Below, in pieces: positions 9,562-19,890 of a stretch of DNA of 64,000 nt. The DNA lies in IMG/VR virus record IMGVR_UViG_3300033233_000033, positions 5,351-69,350 of that record; one strand, 5' to 3'. The notes below the pieces were generated by a model, which did no database searches, was not told the DNA's origin, and saw nothing but the letters and a program-made list of their open reading frames with translations. A program made the position numbers and the translations under genes. Numbering within the stretch: position 1 is the first letter of the stretch; each line of letters begins with the position of its first letter. This DNA is from a virus.

Positions 9562-10979
9562 ATACCTAATTCGTTTCTTAAATCTTCTGGTAAACCACTA
9601 TTATCAACTTTGTATTTAGTATTGAAAATATATACTCTTCTAGATGCACGTGTACAAGCAACATATAAAGATTGTAGCTTTACCTTAACATCTATTTTAG
9701 ATACATCTAATATATCTTTTTCTAATACTATAACATCTCGATAAGTTCTCCCTTGACTTTTATGGCTACTCTGAGTATATGTGTAATTAAATTCGGCAAA
9801 GTTATCCCTAAATAAATAGTAATTTCTCCACAAACTTCCGTTTTCTCTAGCTTTAGTTTGCAAAGATTTTAAAATACTATCATATTTTTCTCTACCCTTT
9901 TCATCTACAATATATATTCTTTCACCTTGCTGTAATGCTACAGGAGGATCTAATACAGGCATAAGAGCAGGTATATCATAAGGCCCATTAGTTTTTACTG
10001 TGCTTGAAATCCTAAAGATCTCATTATTGTAAATACATGGTCTGGGTTTAGAGTTGAATTCTTTTTTTGCACTATAACCTCCATCACATATAACTAATTC
10101 GCCTTCCATAAATTGTTGTAGATCATCACCATATAATAAATGTCTGATTTTTTCATTTATTATTTTAATAGTGGTGTTTCTAAACGCAATAATACGCATA
10201 TCATCAGTATTGTGGCTATTTTCAGAAAAACCTTTTACAGCAATATTCATCATCACATCAAGATCATTAAGAAAAATATAACCATTACCGTGTTCATCTA
10301 CTTCAGATGTACGACAAGAGTTACCTAATTCTGATGTTTGCCATTCATTGATAACATATTGGCTACATTGTTCACCTTCATTATATTTGCGGATTTCTTC
10401 TCTTAAACGATCTCCTAAAATAGTATTTAAACCTTTATATCTCATAGCTTTAGTTAAAGTAGCTCGAGTATGGTTAAATGTAGGAGAATCAGAGTTTTCA
10501 TCTCCAATAGGAGGTAGCTGACTAGGATCACCAAGATAAATTATCTTTGCGCCTTTCTTAGATTTTTTAATAATAGCACTATGCAACTCTTCATCCAACA
10601 TACTACACTCATCAATAAGTACAATATCTGCGTCTAAAAGAGGTGATTTATTCATAGATTTTTTAACTGGTTTGAAAGATATTTCACCAGTTTCCTCATC
10701 TATAATTTGAGTCAACTCTAATAATTGCGCTACTGTATAACATCTAATTTTAGCACGCTCTAAAGCCTTATCTAATACTACCTTAGCACTATGTGAAATA
10801 GTACCACCTACAATAACTTTTCTTTGTTTATAAGGATCTAACGCATAGATTATGGTACTAGTTTTACCGCTACCGCCTACACCTTGTAATGTAAAAATGT
10901 TATTGTCTAAATCTGGATCATCTAAAAATTTCTTAATAGAATCTACAGCTTCTTCTTGTTCTACTGTTAGTTTTAACAT
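9558..10979 (-). CDS. SF1B DNA helicase (Dda/RecD-like)
   Basis: GVGGSGKT, IDECSM, GDPSQLPP, HKSQGRTY, YVACTRA. Confidence 0.93.
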   Translation of the reverse strand: MLKLTVEQEEAVDSIKKFLDDPDLDNNIFTLQGVGGSGKTSTIIYALDPYKQRKVIVGGTISHSAKVVLDKALERAKIRCYTVAQLLELTQIIDEETGEISFKPVKKSMNKSPLLDADIVLIDECSMLDEELHSAIIKKSKKGAKIIYLGDPSQLPPIGDENSDSPTFNHTRATLTKAMRYKGLNTILGDRLREEIRKYNEGEQCSQYVINEWQTSELGNSCRTSEVDEHGNGYIFLNDLDVMMNIAVKGFSENSHNTDDMRIIAFRNTTIKIINEKIRHLLYGDDLQQFMEGELVICDGGYSAKKEFNSKPRPCIYNNEIFRISSTVKTNGPYDIPALMPVLDPPVALQQGERIYIVDEKGREKYDSILKSLQTKARENGSLWRNYYLFRDNFAEFNYTYTQSSHKSQGRTYRDVIVLEKDILDVSKIDVKVKLQSLYVACTRASRRVYIFNTKYKVDNSGLPEDLRNELGI

Positions 10980-10983
10980 ATCG

Positions 10984-12003
10984 TCATATTTTAATATATT
11001 TACCTTTGTTTATGTTTATAAATTTTTGCATTGTAGGATTGTTCACATTAGTAACGCAGTTGATTACAATACCGGCTTTTAAATTAGCAGGTACAAAATC
11101 TTCTGCATCTGTAACTAACAATGCTGTTCCTTTACTATGTAAGTTTGATACTTTTTGAAATACTTTGTAGTAATTACAATTAGATTGTCGAAATTTGATA
11201 GGCTCACTAAAATATTTTAATAGCTTTTCTTTACTGTCTAATAAGACTGCTTCATTTAGACCAAAATCGAACGTATAAAATAATACTTTTTTATTTAACT
11301 TCAAGAGAGCATATCTACAAGCTACAATTAAATTTAAGGAATTTGTCATAGAATAAGTATTATCTTCTAAATATATAATTGTTTCTTCAGAGGTTTGATG
11401 CTCTTCTTCAACTATAACTATATGTTCTCGTTTAATTACTTTTTCTATAAAATCATGTCGGATCCATTTGGATTTATTTAATTTAAAAATATCTTTTACG
11501 CTTTTTAAATTTTCATAAGTGTCTTTGATGGAGTTATTGACTGAATTGTTTATAATAAAGAAGCTAAGGTTTAATATTTTAGCTACATCTTCATTATTAA
11601 TATCTTTTGGTAAGATAGTTAATAATTCTTTTGTTTCCTCTTCATTAAGTTCTTCTCTTAAATTTAAATGATCCCCTGGTTCTACTATACTTTCTAATTC
11701 TAAACTTCTAAGATTATAAGATTTGTTTAAATAAATCAATAATTTCATTGCTTGATGCAACGGCGTATCTTTTTTAAATAAACTTAAATCTAAGCTCTTA
11801 AAAAATTCATCTTTTACAGAAGCATTTACAGTATTCAAATCAATTTTTAATTCAGTATTTAATTGATTAGTTATCAACAAAGTTAATAAATCTATAAAAA
11901 TATTAAAGGGTATGTAATTATTGTAATCATAAGATCTACATAATTCTTCTATTTCTTCTTTTGACGGATATTTATAAAAACAACTTAGGTCGTATATCCT
12001 CAT
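10984..12003 (-). CDS. VWA-domain protein (ViaA-like partner of MoxR ATPase)
   Basis: C-terminal IIYLEDNTYSM (MIDAS-like) and LLVTDAED; coupled to the AAA+ ATPase. Confidence 0.65.
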   Translation of the reverse strand: MRIYDLSCFYKYPSKEEIEELCRSYDYNNYIPFNIFIDLLTLLITNQLNTELKIDLNTVNASVKDEFFKSLDLSLFKKDTPLHQAMKLLIYLNKSYNLRSLELESIVEPGDHLNLREELNEEETKELLTILPKDINNEDVAKILNLSFFIINNSVNNSIKDTYENLKSVKDIFKLNKSKWIRHDFIEKVIKREHIVIVEEEHQTSEETIIYLEDNTYSMTNSLNLIVACRYALLKLNKKVLFYTFDFGLNEAVLLDSKEKLLKYFSEPIKFRQSNCNYYKVFQKVSNLHSKGTALLVTDAEDFVPANLKAGIVINCVTNVNNPTMQKFININKGKYIKI

Positions 12004-13154
12004 TCTTTATAAAATAAATTATCTATATAGTTATTAACTTTATCAGTATGTAACATCTTAGAACTTATTAAAGATAAATTATCATCTATCAAAGTTAGAA
12101 TATCTAGCACCTGAGTGAAAGAGTTATCTGAGTGAGGTAGGCTGGATAATTTTTTCTTTATAGCCATTAACATACCATAATTAATGAAAGTTTGATCACT
12201 ATTTAAATTACCTTTTAATAAAGCAGTTATATCATCTACTTCTTTTTTAATTTTAGCTAAAAATTCAGATTCAGATTGTAATTGTTCATTTTTCCTAATT
12301 TGACTCAATGAAGATTTTAAAAATGTAGAATCAAAAGCAGTTATTGTATCTAGGAAATCAACTCCCAGTGAAAGAGCAACAGAAGATGCATATATAGATA
12401 ATCTAGGAGACACTCTATTATTCTGCAAATTTGATGCCTCACATACTTTAGCTACTAATAATAACTTTTTAAATTCTTCCTCATAAACAGGAACGGGATA
12501 TACAACAGAAAATAATCTTAAATAATCAGATTCTAAATGACTTTTCCAAATCATGTTGTATCTATAAGGGAAACGTTCTAGATAAAAGGCTTTAATACTT
12601 TCATCTATACTCTCATCTTCTGGGTCTTTGTTACCTGTAATAATAATGGAAGATATTAAGCTATCTTTCTTATTGGCCCCTTCTCGGAATCCTTTTTCAG
12701 TAATAATATCTTTTAAAGATGCTGCAGTTTGTGGACTTAAATCCATGCCTTCTTCTAAACACAAAACTCCAGGTATGCAAAATACACTATTTTCAAAGGC
12801 AGTTTCATATTTACTGTCATTCATAAGACTTTTCATATTGGGTACCCCGAATAATTCTTCTGGAGTCATTCCTTTATATCCTATTTTACAGATCAAAGGT
12901 ATGCCTAAATATTCACAGACAGCTTTCACAATCTCTGATTTAGCATAACCTCCGGGCCCGTATAATATAGAATTGTTATTCATAGCTAAAGCAGTATAAA
13001 TAGTTCTAACAGCTTCTTCATGATAAACAAAACTTTCGGATAAACCTGATATTAATTCATCTACTGGTATTTGTAATACTCTTTCTTTTATTAATTTACA
13101 TACTTCTTGGCTTGTTTTGCAATGTTTTAGATTTAATAATTCTAATTTGCTCAT
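12000..13154 (-). CDS. MoxR/RavA-like AAA+ ATPase
   Basis: LYGPGGYAKS, TPEELFG, LCLEE, TGN, AFYLERF, VSPR. Confidence 0.85.
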   Translation of the reverse strand: MSKLELLNLKHCKTSQEVCKLIKERVLQIPVDELISGLSESFVYHEEAVRTIYTALAMNNNSILYGPGGYAKSEIVKAVCEYLGIPLICKIGYKGMTPEELFGVPNMKSLMNDSKYETAFENSVFCIPGVLCLEEGMDLSPQTAASLKDIITEKGFREGANKKDSLISSIIITGNKDPEDESIDESIKAFYLERFPYRYNMIWKSHLESDYLRLFSVVYPVPVYEEEFKKLLLVAKVCEASNLQNNRVSPRLSIYASSVALSLGVDFLDTITAFDSTFLKSSLSQIRKNEQLQSESEFLAKIKKEVDDITALLKGNLNSDQTFINYGMLMAIKKKLSSLPHSDNSFTQVLDILTLIDDNLSLISSKMLHTDKVNNYIDNLFYKE

Positions 13155-13831
13155 TACTTCTCAATTGCTATAGATAAAGGAATATAACCTACATTAAATA
13201 GCTCATTAAATGGTTGTTCACAGCAAATTAAATCTTTAACTTCTTCAGGCATATTAACATAAGCATTTCTGTCAGGAGCTACAGTGTTATTTCTCTCTGC
13301 TTCAATTTTAAGTTTAAAATGTCTTGCTGCTTTTTGATACCAAGATTTTTTAATAAGGTCTTTTTCTGCAGGTACACCAGCTTTTTCACCTGCGCGCCCA
13401 GCATACTTGTCTACATTACCTATACAAAATAAATAAGCAACAATTGTACCGTATTTTCTTTCTTGTTCTCTTACCAATTCCATGAATTGTTTTTGATAAT
13501 GCTCAGAATTACCAGCTGTATCATAATTACCGCCGTCTTTAGCATCTGCTAATGCTTTTTCTTTTTCTTGTACCATTTTATTCTTTAATTTTAAATTACA
13601 AACTTTAATTTTACTATATTGTTCATTGGTATAAGTTGTTTTATAGACTCTGTAGTCATTATTTACTTCTACCCCAAAACGTTTATTTAACGTAAAACTA
13701 AATGTTAAACCACATTGCTCTTTAAAAAGTTTAACTAAATAATCAAGTTGATTATCGTTGTACGGCAAAGTAAAAACGATAGAACCTGAATTGTCATATA
13801 CAATCCAATATTCGTTTAAAGTAGATGCCAT
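13154..13831 (-). CDS. DUF3310 (SaV / T7 gp1.7-like) domain protein
   Basis: C-terminal half: SEHY...FCIGNVDKYAGRAGEK...EKDLIK..WY. Confidence 0.7.
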   Translation of the reverse strand: MASTLNEYWIVYDNSGSIVFTLPYNDNQLDYLVKLFKEQCGLTFSFTLNKRFGVEVNNDYRVYKTTYTNEQYSKIKVCNLKLKNKMVQEKEKALADAKDGGNYDTAGNSEHYQKQFMELVREQERKYGTIVAYLFCIGNVDKYAGRAGEKAGVPAEKDLIKKSWYQKAARHFKLKIEAERNNTVAPDRNAYVNMPEEVKDLICCEQPFNELFNVGYIPLSIAIEK

Positions 13832-13836
13832 TTTGT

Positions 13837-14349
13837 TTACAAATTAGTTAAATAACTTTTAGTTTTTGGAGCAATTTCTTCTTCCTTTGGCTCTTCTTTA
13901 TCCTCAGAAAAATTAATTTCATCAAATAAGCCATCATAATAATAAATCCACTTTATACCAGTTGGATCTACATATTTAGCTTTAGATCTATTTCTACAAG
14001 TTGTTTGATGTATACCTTTAGTATTTTGAGCTTGAACCGCATCACTAAACACATTTATAACTTTTAAGGTATTAACATTGTACAAAATTATAGTCTTATT
14101 TGGCACTAAAATAACATCTAGTTTAGGTAAATTTTCTAAATTATTGATTTCAGAATGTTCTTCTTCCACCTCTTCTCTAGATATTTCACCTCTTTCTACA
14201 GCTGTTTCAGCAACTACAACGTCGCCTAGGTCTGTAAATTCTTTTTTCAAAGGGTTAGATGTGATACTTCCGTTCTCTACACCTTCGATTATATTATCAA
14301 CTAATTCACAAAATTCATTGTAATCAGTTATTTTCATTGAATAATCCAT
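13837..14349 (-). CDS. Acidic protein with NUMOD1-like DNA-binding segment
   Basis: LYNVNTLKVINVFSDAVQAQ...GI....C......GIKWIY pattern. Confidence 0.5.
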   Translation of the reverse strand: MDYSMKITDYNEFCELVDNIIEGVENGSITSNPLKKEFTDLGDVVVAETAVERGEISREEVEEEHSEINNLENLPKLDVILVPNKTIILYNVNTLKVINVFSDAVQAQNTKGIHQTTCRNRSKAKYVDPTGIKWIYYYDGLFDEINFSEDKEEPKEEEIAPKTKSYLTNL

Positions 14350-14524
14350 CTTCGTTTAAAATTTCGTTAAAAATCATTTCATTTATTTCTTCTTGCAACA
14401 AGCTAGCTATCTTAAATTTATTTTTATTATAAGTTGATGGCTCTTTGTCAAAAGATAAAATAATGTTGTCTTTATCTCTTACAATTTTACCGCTGTCTTT
14501 ATAGACTAACACATAACCCATCAT
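14324..14524 (-). CDS. Hypothetical protein
   Basis: Packed small ORF. Confidence 0.5.
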   Translation of the reverse strand: MMGYVLVYKDSGKIVRDKDNIILSFDKEPSTYNKNKFKIASLLQEEINEMIFNEILNEDGLFNENN

Positions 14525-15351
14525 AAATTTAATTTTTGTAATTTTTCTTCTAATACTTGCTCTTTGAAATCAGTAATTTTAATTTGAGTTGGATAATCAA
14601 AACTTGGTTTAGACACCATTGTCAGTAAAATATGATTTTCTATTAGATAATATAGATAGTCTTCTCCATGTTTATTGATATAAAAATCTCTGATCATAGT
14701 AAATGCTTCATCTTCATTGTATGGAGACAGTTCATTAATACGATCTTTTAATTTAGATTTTTTACCTTCACCTGGAATACCAGTAATATTATCTGCTGTA
14801 TCACCTTCAATATGTTGACACCAATAGAATTTTCTACCATCTTCATGGGTTAAATATCTAGTGCTATTATCTTTAGGATTATACCATGTAAAACCACCCA
14901 TTTGGTGCATATCTTTATCTTCACCTACCATTATAAGATCATATTCATCTTTATATTGGTGGTAAGCAATGATAACAGCATCATCAGCCTCTAAACGCGA
15001 TAAACCATAAAATCCCCATTTTTCTCCAAAATGTTCTTTTATAATAGGTTTATAGTATTCTTGCCAAGGCTCAGATTTCCTAGATCCTTTATAAGGTCTA
15101 ACAGTAGCAAATGCGTGCCTAAATGTAGCTGAGCTTTTTACTCCGTAAAATCCTATAAAGCAATCAGCGCCTGATTTTTTAAGTATAGAATTAACAATTT
15201 GATCTACTTTGCTTTTAACAGCTAAAGCACCAAATTTTGTCATATTATCACGGTATTCCCAAGCTGCATAAAACAAAAGCCCATCAGCATCTATAATTGC
15301 AAGTTTCTTTTTTGTTTTTTCAGTAGTCATAATCATCATCAAAATATTCAT
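14521..15351 (-). CDS. 5'-3' exonuclease / flap endonuclease (T7 gp6-like)
   Basis: IIDADG, FR......YKGSR, LEADD, DKDM.Q, GDTADNITGIPGEG. Confidence 0.92.
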   Translation of the reverse strand: MNILMMIMTTEKTKKKLAIIDADGLLFYAAWEYRDNMTKFGALAVKSKVDQIVNSILKKSGADCFIGFYGVKSSATFRHAFATVRPYKGSRKSEPWQEYYKPIIKEHFGEKWGFYGLSRLEADDAVIIAYHQYKDEYDLIMVGEDKDMHQMGGFTWYNPKDNSTRYLTHEDGRKFYWCQHIEGDTADNITGIPGEGKKSKLKDRINELSPYNEDEAFTMIRDFYINKHGEDYLYYLIENHILLTMVSKPSFDYPTQIKITDFKEQVLEEKLQKLNL

Positions 15352-15505
15352 TACCTAGTTCATCACCTGTAATTTTATCATCCTCACCATCTACATCATT
15401 TATAAAAGGAGTAGATTTAGACATGCATCTTTCACAAATGTCGAACTCATCTTCTACTAGAGTTGTATTACAACTTTCGCATTTTTTCTTTCCTGTACCT
15501 CTCAT
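15320..15505 (-). CDS. Small Zn-finger protein with acidic tail
   Basis: CESC...CERC followed by a D/E-rich C-terminus. Confidence 0.5.
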   Translation of the reverse strand: MRGTGKKKCESCNTTLVEDEFDICERCMSKSTPFINDVDGEDDKITGDELGNEYFDDDYDY

Positions 15506-15507
15506 TA

Positions 15508-15948
15508 TTAATTGTACTTAGAGTTAAAATCAGGTTTAACGTCCCATGAACCTTCTTCAATAATATCTTGTATCATGCCATCTATCATTTTCCAATTCAT
15601 ACTTTTTGTTTGAGCTTTGAAATGTAAAGATGTATCATCTATAAGTATATCGTGATATAATTTACGAGATATTGGATGATGCGGATCAAAATATTCTTGC
15701 TTAATAAAAGGAGCATGATCATTTATAACATGATAAGGTATTTGATTTTCAAATAAAAAAGTAGCTAATTCCCATTCAGCTTTACCATTTCTGCAACTGT
15801 GTATTTGGATAAATATACCTTGTTTATACCATTTAGTTATTACTTCTTTTGCATAAGGTTTAAGGCCTAGAATGTCTGGGTATTTACTGTCAACAATAGT
15901 ATTATCAAAGTCTATACCAATTATTAAATGTTTAAGTTTTTCACTCAT
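15508..15948 (-). CDS. HAD-superfamily hydrolase
   Basis: IGIDFDNTIV motif I, HSCR, RKL..DILIDD. Confidence 0.85.
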   Translation of the reverse strand: MSEKLKHLIIGIDFDNTIVDSKYPDILGLKPYAKEVITKWYKQGIFIQIHSCRNGKAEWELATFLFENQIPYHVINDHAPFIKQEYFDPHHPISRKLYHDILIDDTSLHFKAQTKSMNWKMIDGMIQDIIEEGSWDVKPDFNSKYN

Positions 15949-16107
15949 CTTTTTTCATTTTTACAGAATTAACAATTATACCTGATCCATGTACCCAACC
16001 CATTTCAGCATCTATAATACTTTCTATAGTGCCATCAAATTCTTCAGGCTTTATATTTCGTAATTCTAAATGATTATTAAGTAAAGAATCTTCATCTACT
16101 TCTACTT

Positions 16108-16515
16108 CTATGATATACGTAGCCATTTTGAAATCTTTTGTAAAACATTTAATTTAATAGGCTCTGGTAACTTTTGAGTAGGTACTTCAGTTTTATCTAT
16201 ATCAAAATCACATCCTTTATCTTCATTGAGTTTTTCTACATACGCATATATAGGATTTAATTCTTTACCTTTTAGTAAAATCTGGTTTAAAATTTCATCA
16301 TCAATAGGAGATAACAGTAAAGATTGTAAAAAATGTTTGTTGTTAGATATAACACGTACTTGTATAAATTTTAAATCTATCATAGCCTGTAAATGATAAG
16401 AATTTACCTTATATTTTTGAGTATAATAAGATTTGTTTTTTAATTCAACTGTAGTTTGTAGTTCATTTAAACACGCACTAATTTTTGCTTTAACTTTTTC
16501 GTCTCTTTTAGTCAT
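16108..16515 (-). CDS. Hypothetical protein
   Basis: ORF in the operon. Confidence 0.55.
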   Translation of the reverse strand: MTKRDEKVKAKISACLNELQTTVELKNKSYYTQKYKVNSYHLQAMIDLKFIQVRVISNNKHFLQSLLLSPIDDEILNQILLKGKELNPIYAYVEKLNEDKGCDFDIDKTEVPTQKLPEPIKLNVLQKISKWLRIS

Positions 16516-16532
16516 TTTTTTTTAATTTTAGT

Positions 16533-17045
16533 TTACCACACAAATAAATACTTACCTAATTTTTGGTCTTGGGAAGGTTTGTATATAATCTCAGCTTCTA
16601 ATCGCTTAAAGTTTACAGGTCGTTTAATAAGTACTATATATGTATTTCTTTTCTCTGCTTCTGATGCAGCTCTTGCAATATCTATGCACTCTTTTTTTAT
16701 AGTCTTTTCACTTCCTGGTACAGCTTTAAAGTTTGTTTTGTAATCATAAACAGCTATATACGCACTCTCCCATTTCTTTTCACCTTCTTTCGGGTGATTC
16801 TTTATACTAACTAGTACTTTATTAGAATTATCGCCGGACGGATTTTGGGTGCAGCCATACAATATCCCTTTTCCTTCTAAATCCTGCATTATATCTTCAT
16901 CTGTATTTTTAATACCATGTTGGTCTAAATCTACAAATGAAGTATATAACTTAGGCCTTTTGCTTTCTTCTATTTCAAGAACTATTTCTTTTTTAAACCA
17001 TAAAAATGCTTCATGTAAAGATAAAGCTTCTACCACTTGTCTCAT
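16533..17045 (-). CDS. Hypothetical protein
   Basis: ORF in the operon. Confidence 0.6.
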   Translation of the reverse strand: MRQVVEALSLHEAFLWFKKEIVLEIEESKRPKLYTSFVDLDQHGIKNTDEDIMQDLEGKGILYGCTQNPSGDNSNKVLVSIKNHPKEGEKKWESAYIAVYDYKTNFKAVPGSEKTIKKECIDIARAASEAEKRNTYIVLIKRPVNFKRLEAEIIYKPSQDQKLGKYLFVW

Positions 17046-17383
17046 TTTACCTTAAAGAATATTTTACGATTATTAAAACTTATGATCTCATCATTGATTT
17101 TAATTTTGAGAAGGCCATTGAAGTTTCTAATAGTTATAGACGTTTGAAAACCTGTTATTATATTTCTGTACTGCCAAACTTCGCCGTTTTGATATTTAAT
17201 TTGCACAAGATTTTTCTTAGTATCTATAATATCTGACTCTATAATTAAATTATTATTTTTACCGTAGTATAAATTTATTTTATCAAGATATTTATTACCT
17301 AAAATATAACCACTAACAGCCTGATATCTGAATTCTATTCCAAACAACCATCCTTTTAAAGAATAAATAAAATTTTTCCACAT
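17042..17383 (-). CDS. Hypothetical protein
   Basis: ORF in the operon. Confidence 0.55.
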   Translation of the reverse strand: MWKNFIYSLKGWLFGIEFRYQAVSGYILGNKYLDKINLYYGKNNNLIIESDIIDTKKNLVQIKYQNGEVWQYRNIITGFQTSITIRNFNGLLKIKINDEIISFNNRKIFFKVK

Positions 17384-17385
17384 AA

Positions 17386-18645
17386 TTATTTTCTTTTAGT
17401 TATTAACCACAAATCATGGAATATTTGTCTTTTTGATTGTAAAGCATAATATTCCTCTATAAATTCTATATCACGCTCATCTATACGATCGTCTTCTTCT
17501 ACATCAAAAAAGTCAGGGTGTACATATAAAGTTTTACTTCTAGGATGAGCTACTGTATATTTAGAATCGTTAACGCATATAGCCTCTTTAATAGTGATAT
17601 CGGTAAAATTTAGTTTATTCTCTTCTTCAAAATGTAGTCTTATTTTATCTACAAGAGTTAAAGAAGGAGTTTTAACCTCTTTTACAGTTACATACTTATC
17701 ACCATAAGAAGCAGATTCTCTTAGTAAAGCCTTAAAACCTACACTAAATCTTGGGTCGCGTTGTACACAATTCTTGTAAGAAGAACCTAATGTAAACTCA
17801 CCTTCTCTAGCATAACGTTCATTAATAAGTTTTACCCAAGTCTCTGAAAAGTTAACTCTAGCTTCACCTAGTAATTTACTAGCTTCATAAGAATTAGGAT
17901 TATCTAATATAGTATTGATAATATCTACATCATTACAAGATCGTAACATATTACAAAGATCCCACTCAGTACTGCTTAAGTGACGTAAAACACGCATTTC
18001 ATCTATTTCAGCCATCAAGTCATCGTATACAAACAAATTATTAGTAATATTCTCTTCCAAGTATATTCTAATACCATTTTTGTATATAGTATAGGGTTGA
18101 AAAGATTTCTTTTTGTATATAGACCTTCTATTAGCTTGGTATATGTAAGTATTTGTTCTGAAATAAAAATCCCAATCTTCTAGTATTTGCGCTATTTCAG
18201 GAGTAATTTCTATACTAAAGCAAGTATCAAAATCACCTGCAGGTTCATCATCAGTTACCTGCATATTACCTCCTTCATCTAAACAATTACTATAAATCTC
18301 TCTAATAGCCATCCATAGTTCCCAATGTATACCAAGATTTTTAGCAAAAGCAGTTCTTATTATTCTATCTTCAACATTGTTAGAAAGATCTTCAAAATCA
18401 ATATGTACTAATTCTTTTGTTTTGCCAGTAATATCTAAAACTTCTTCTGTATAAAAAGAATATCTGCGATCACCGCTTTTAATTTTAAGATCTACATTAT
18501 GGCGTAATAATATAGAGATAGCGTACTTAAGGCCGGAATCATAAGTACCAATTTTTGAACTATCATCTCTTTTTACTGAATCTCCCATAGTAGAAAGATC
18601 CATAAGAGATATAATTCCTTTGTTTACAAAATATAATCTTTGCAT
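17386..18645 (-). CDS. GHKL/HSP90-like ATPase domain protein
   Basis: MGDSVK....KIGTYDSGLK (G-box-like) and AIREIYSNCLDE (N-box-like). Confidence 0.7.
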   Translation of the reverse strand: MQRLYFVNKGIISLMDLSTMGDSVKRDDSSKIGTYDSGLKYAISILLRHNVDLKIKSGDRRYSFYTEEVLDITGKTKELVHIDFEDLSNNVEDRIIRTAFAKNLGIHWELWMAIREIYSNCLDEGGNMQVTDDEPAGDFDTCFSIEITPEIAQILEDWDFYFRTNTYIYQANRRSIYKKKSFQPYTIYKNGIRIYLEENITNNLFVYDDLMAEIDEMRVLRHLSSTEWDLCNMLRSCNDVDIINTILDNPNSYEASKLLGEARVNFSETWVKLINERYAREGEFTLGSSYKNCVQRDPRFSVGFKALLRESASYGDKYVTVKEVKTPSLTLVDKIRLHFEEENKLNFTDITIKEAICVNDSKYTVAHPRSKTLYVHPDFFDVEEDDRIDERDIEFIEEYYALQSKRQIFHDLWLITKRK

Positions 18646-19496
18646 AATAATTCTTTTAAATTAGGATGTTTCCTTAATAATCTTATTGAATATTTTAATA
18701 TTTGTCTACAACGTTCTCTAGTTAGATTTAAATCACCTGCTAATTCTTCTAAACACTTTTCTTTATTACCAAATAAACCATAATAATGTACAACCACATA
18801 ATAATACTTATCTAATTTTGGTTTAGCCCCAAAAATATTTTTTATAACTTGTTGTAATACTTCACTAGAATTGTCATATTCAGTATCGGAATCAGAAACA
18901 ATAAATTCAATAGCTTCCATAGAGTCATTATCGCCGTAGCAAACATTTAAACTCTTGGCTAACCTATTGTAATTTCTCATTTCGTCAATATGCCTTTCAG
19001 TATATTTTTCAGAATTAGTCAATTCTACTACTTTTTCTAATATAACAGCATTAGAATAAGTATCAAAATCTCTATCTTGAAATCTTAAACTGCTTATAAC
19101 GTTTAATAAATTAATTTTGTTTAACGGTAAAGTTACCGCGTCATTTTCACCTAAAAATTGTTGTATTCTTTGTCTTATCCACCATACAGCAAAAGATATA
19201 AATCTAAAGCCTTTAGACGGGTCAAAATGCTCGGAAGCAATTATTAAACCTTCATTACCCGCTTGTAAAATGTCTTGAAAATCATCATCGGTTTTTGCAT
19301 AATATTTATTACCTACTGATATAACAAACTTTAAATTATGCAATACTAATTTAGCTCTCCAATCTGGATCGTTTGTAATTAAATCTTGCTCTTCTAAAGC
19401 AGTTAACGTAGGATATTGATTTACATCATCAAAATATCTATTAATATTTACACTTCTACGAGTAATTTCAGGCGTTTTTACATTTATCTGTCTCAT
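18624..19496 (-). CDS. RNA polymerase sigma70-family (RpoD/RpoS-like) factor
   Basis: Region 1.2 Y..L...EEQDL; region 2 LVLHNLKFV...DILQAGNEGL...FDPSKGFRFISFAVWWIRQ; region 4.2 LEELA..LNLTRERCRQI. Likely start MRQIN at 19496. Confidence 0.93.
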   Translation of the reverse strand: MRQINVKTPEITRRSVNINRYFDDVNQYPTLTALEEQDLITNDPDWRAKLVLHNLKFVISVGNKYYAKTDDDFQDILQAGNEGLIIASEHFDPSKGFRFISFAVWWIRQRIQQFLGENDAVTLPLNKINLLNVISSLRFQDRDFDTYSNAVILEKVVELTNSEKYTERHIDEMRNYNRLAKSLNVCYGDNDSMEAIEFIVSDSDTEYDNSSEVLQQVIKNIFGAKPKLDKYYYVVVHYYGLFGNKEKCLEELAGDLNLTRERCRQILKYSIRLLRKHPNLKELLCKDYIL

Positions 19497-19890
19497 ATTA
19501 GTCCCATTCAGGGTTTTTAGGCGTACCATAATATCCTTTTGGAGTATGCATTAACCTTTTACCCAAATTAAAATTTCTGTGATAATTGTCTCTTTTCATA
19601 TCTTTTCTTTTAAGTAACTGTATTTAATTAGTTCTTCAATAGCAGAATCTTTAAAATATTTTGTTATTTGTTCAACTTCTAATTCATCGCCCTTACAAAA
19701 CCATAATAATGGCCTAATCACTATATACTTCATAATTATTGTTTTAATTTGGTTTCTATATACTCTTTAGCAGCTTGCTCAGTAAACATCAATACCCAAC
19801 CTTTATCATCAGCTATATACTTCCAACCAGACCAAAAGCTAGTTTTATACATAATATAATAATCATTAGGAAATGATGGATAATCTACTA

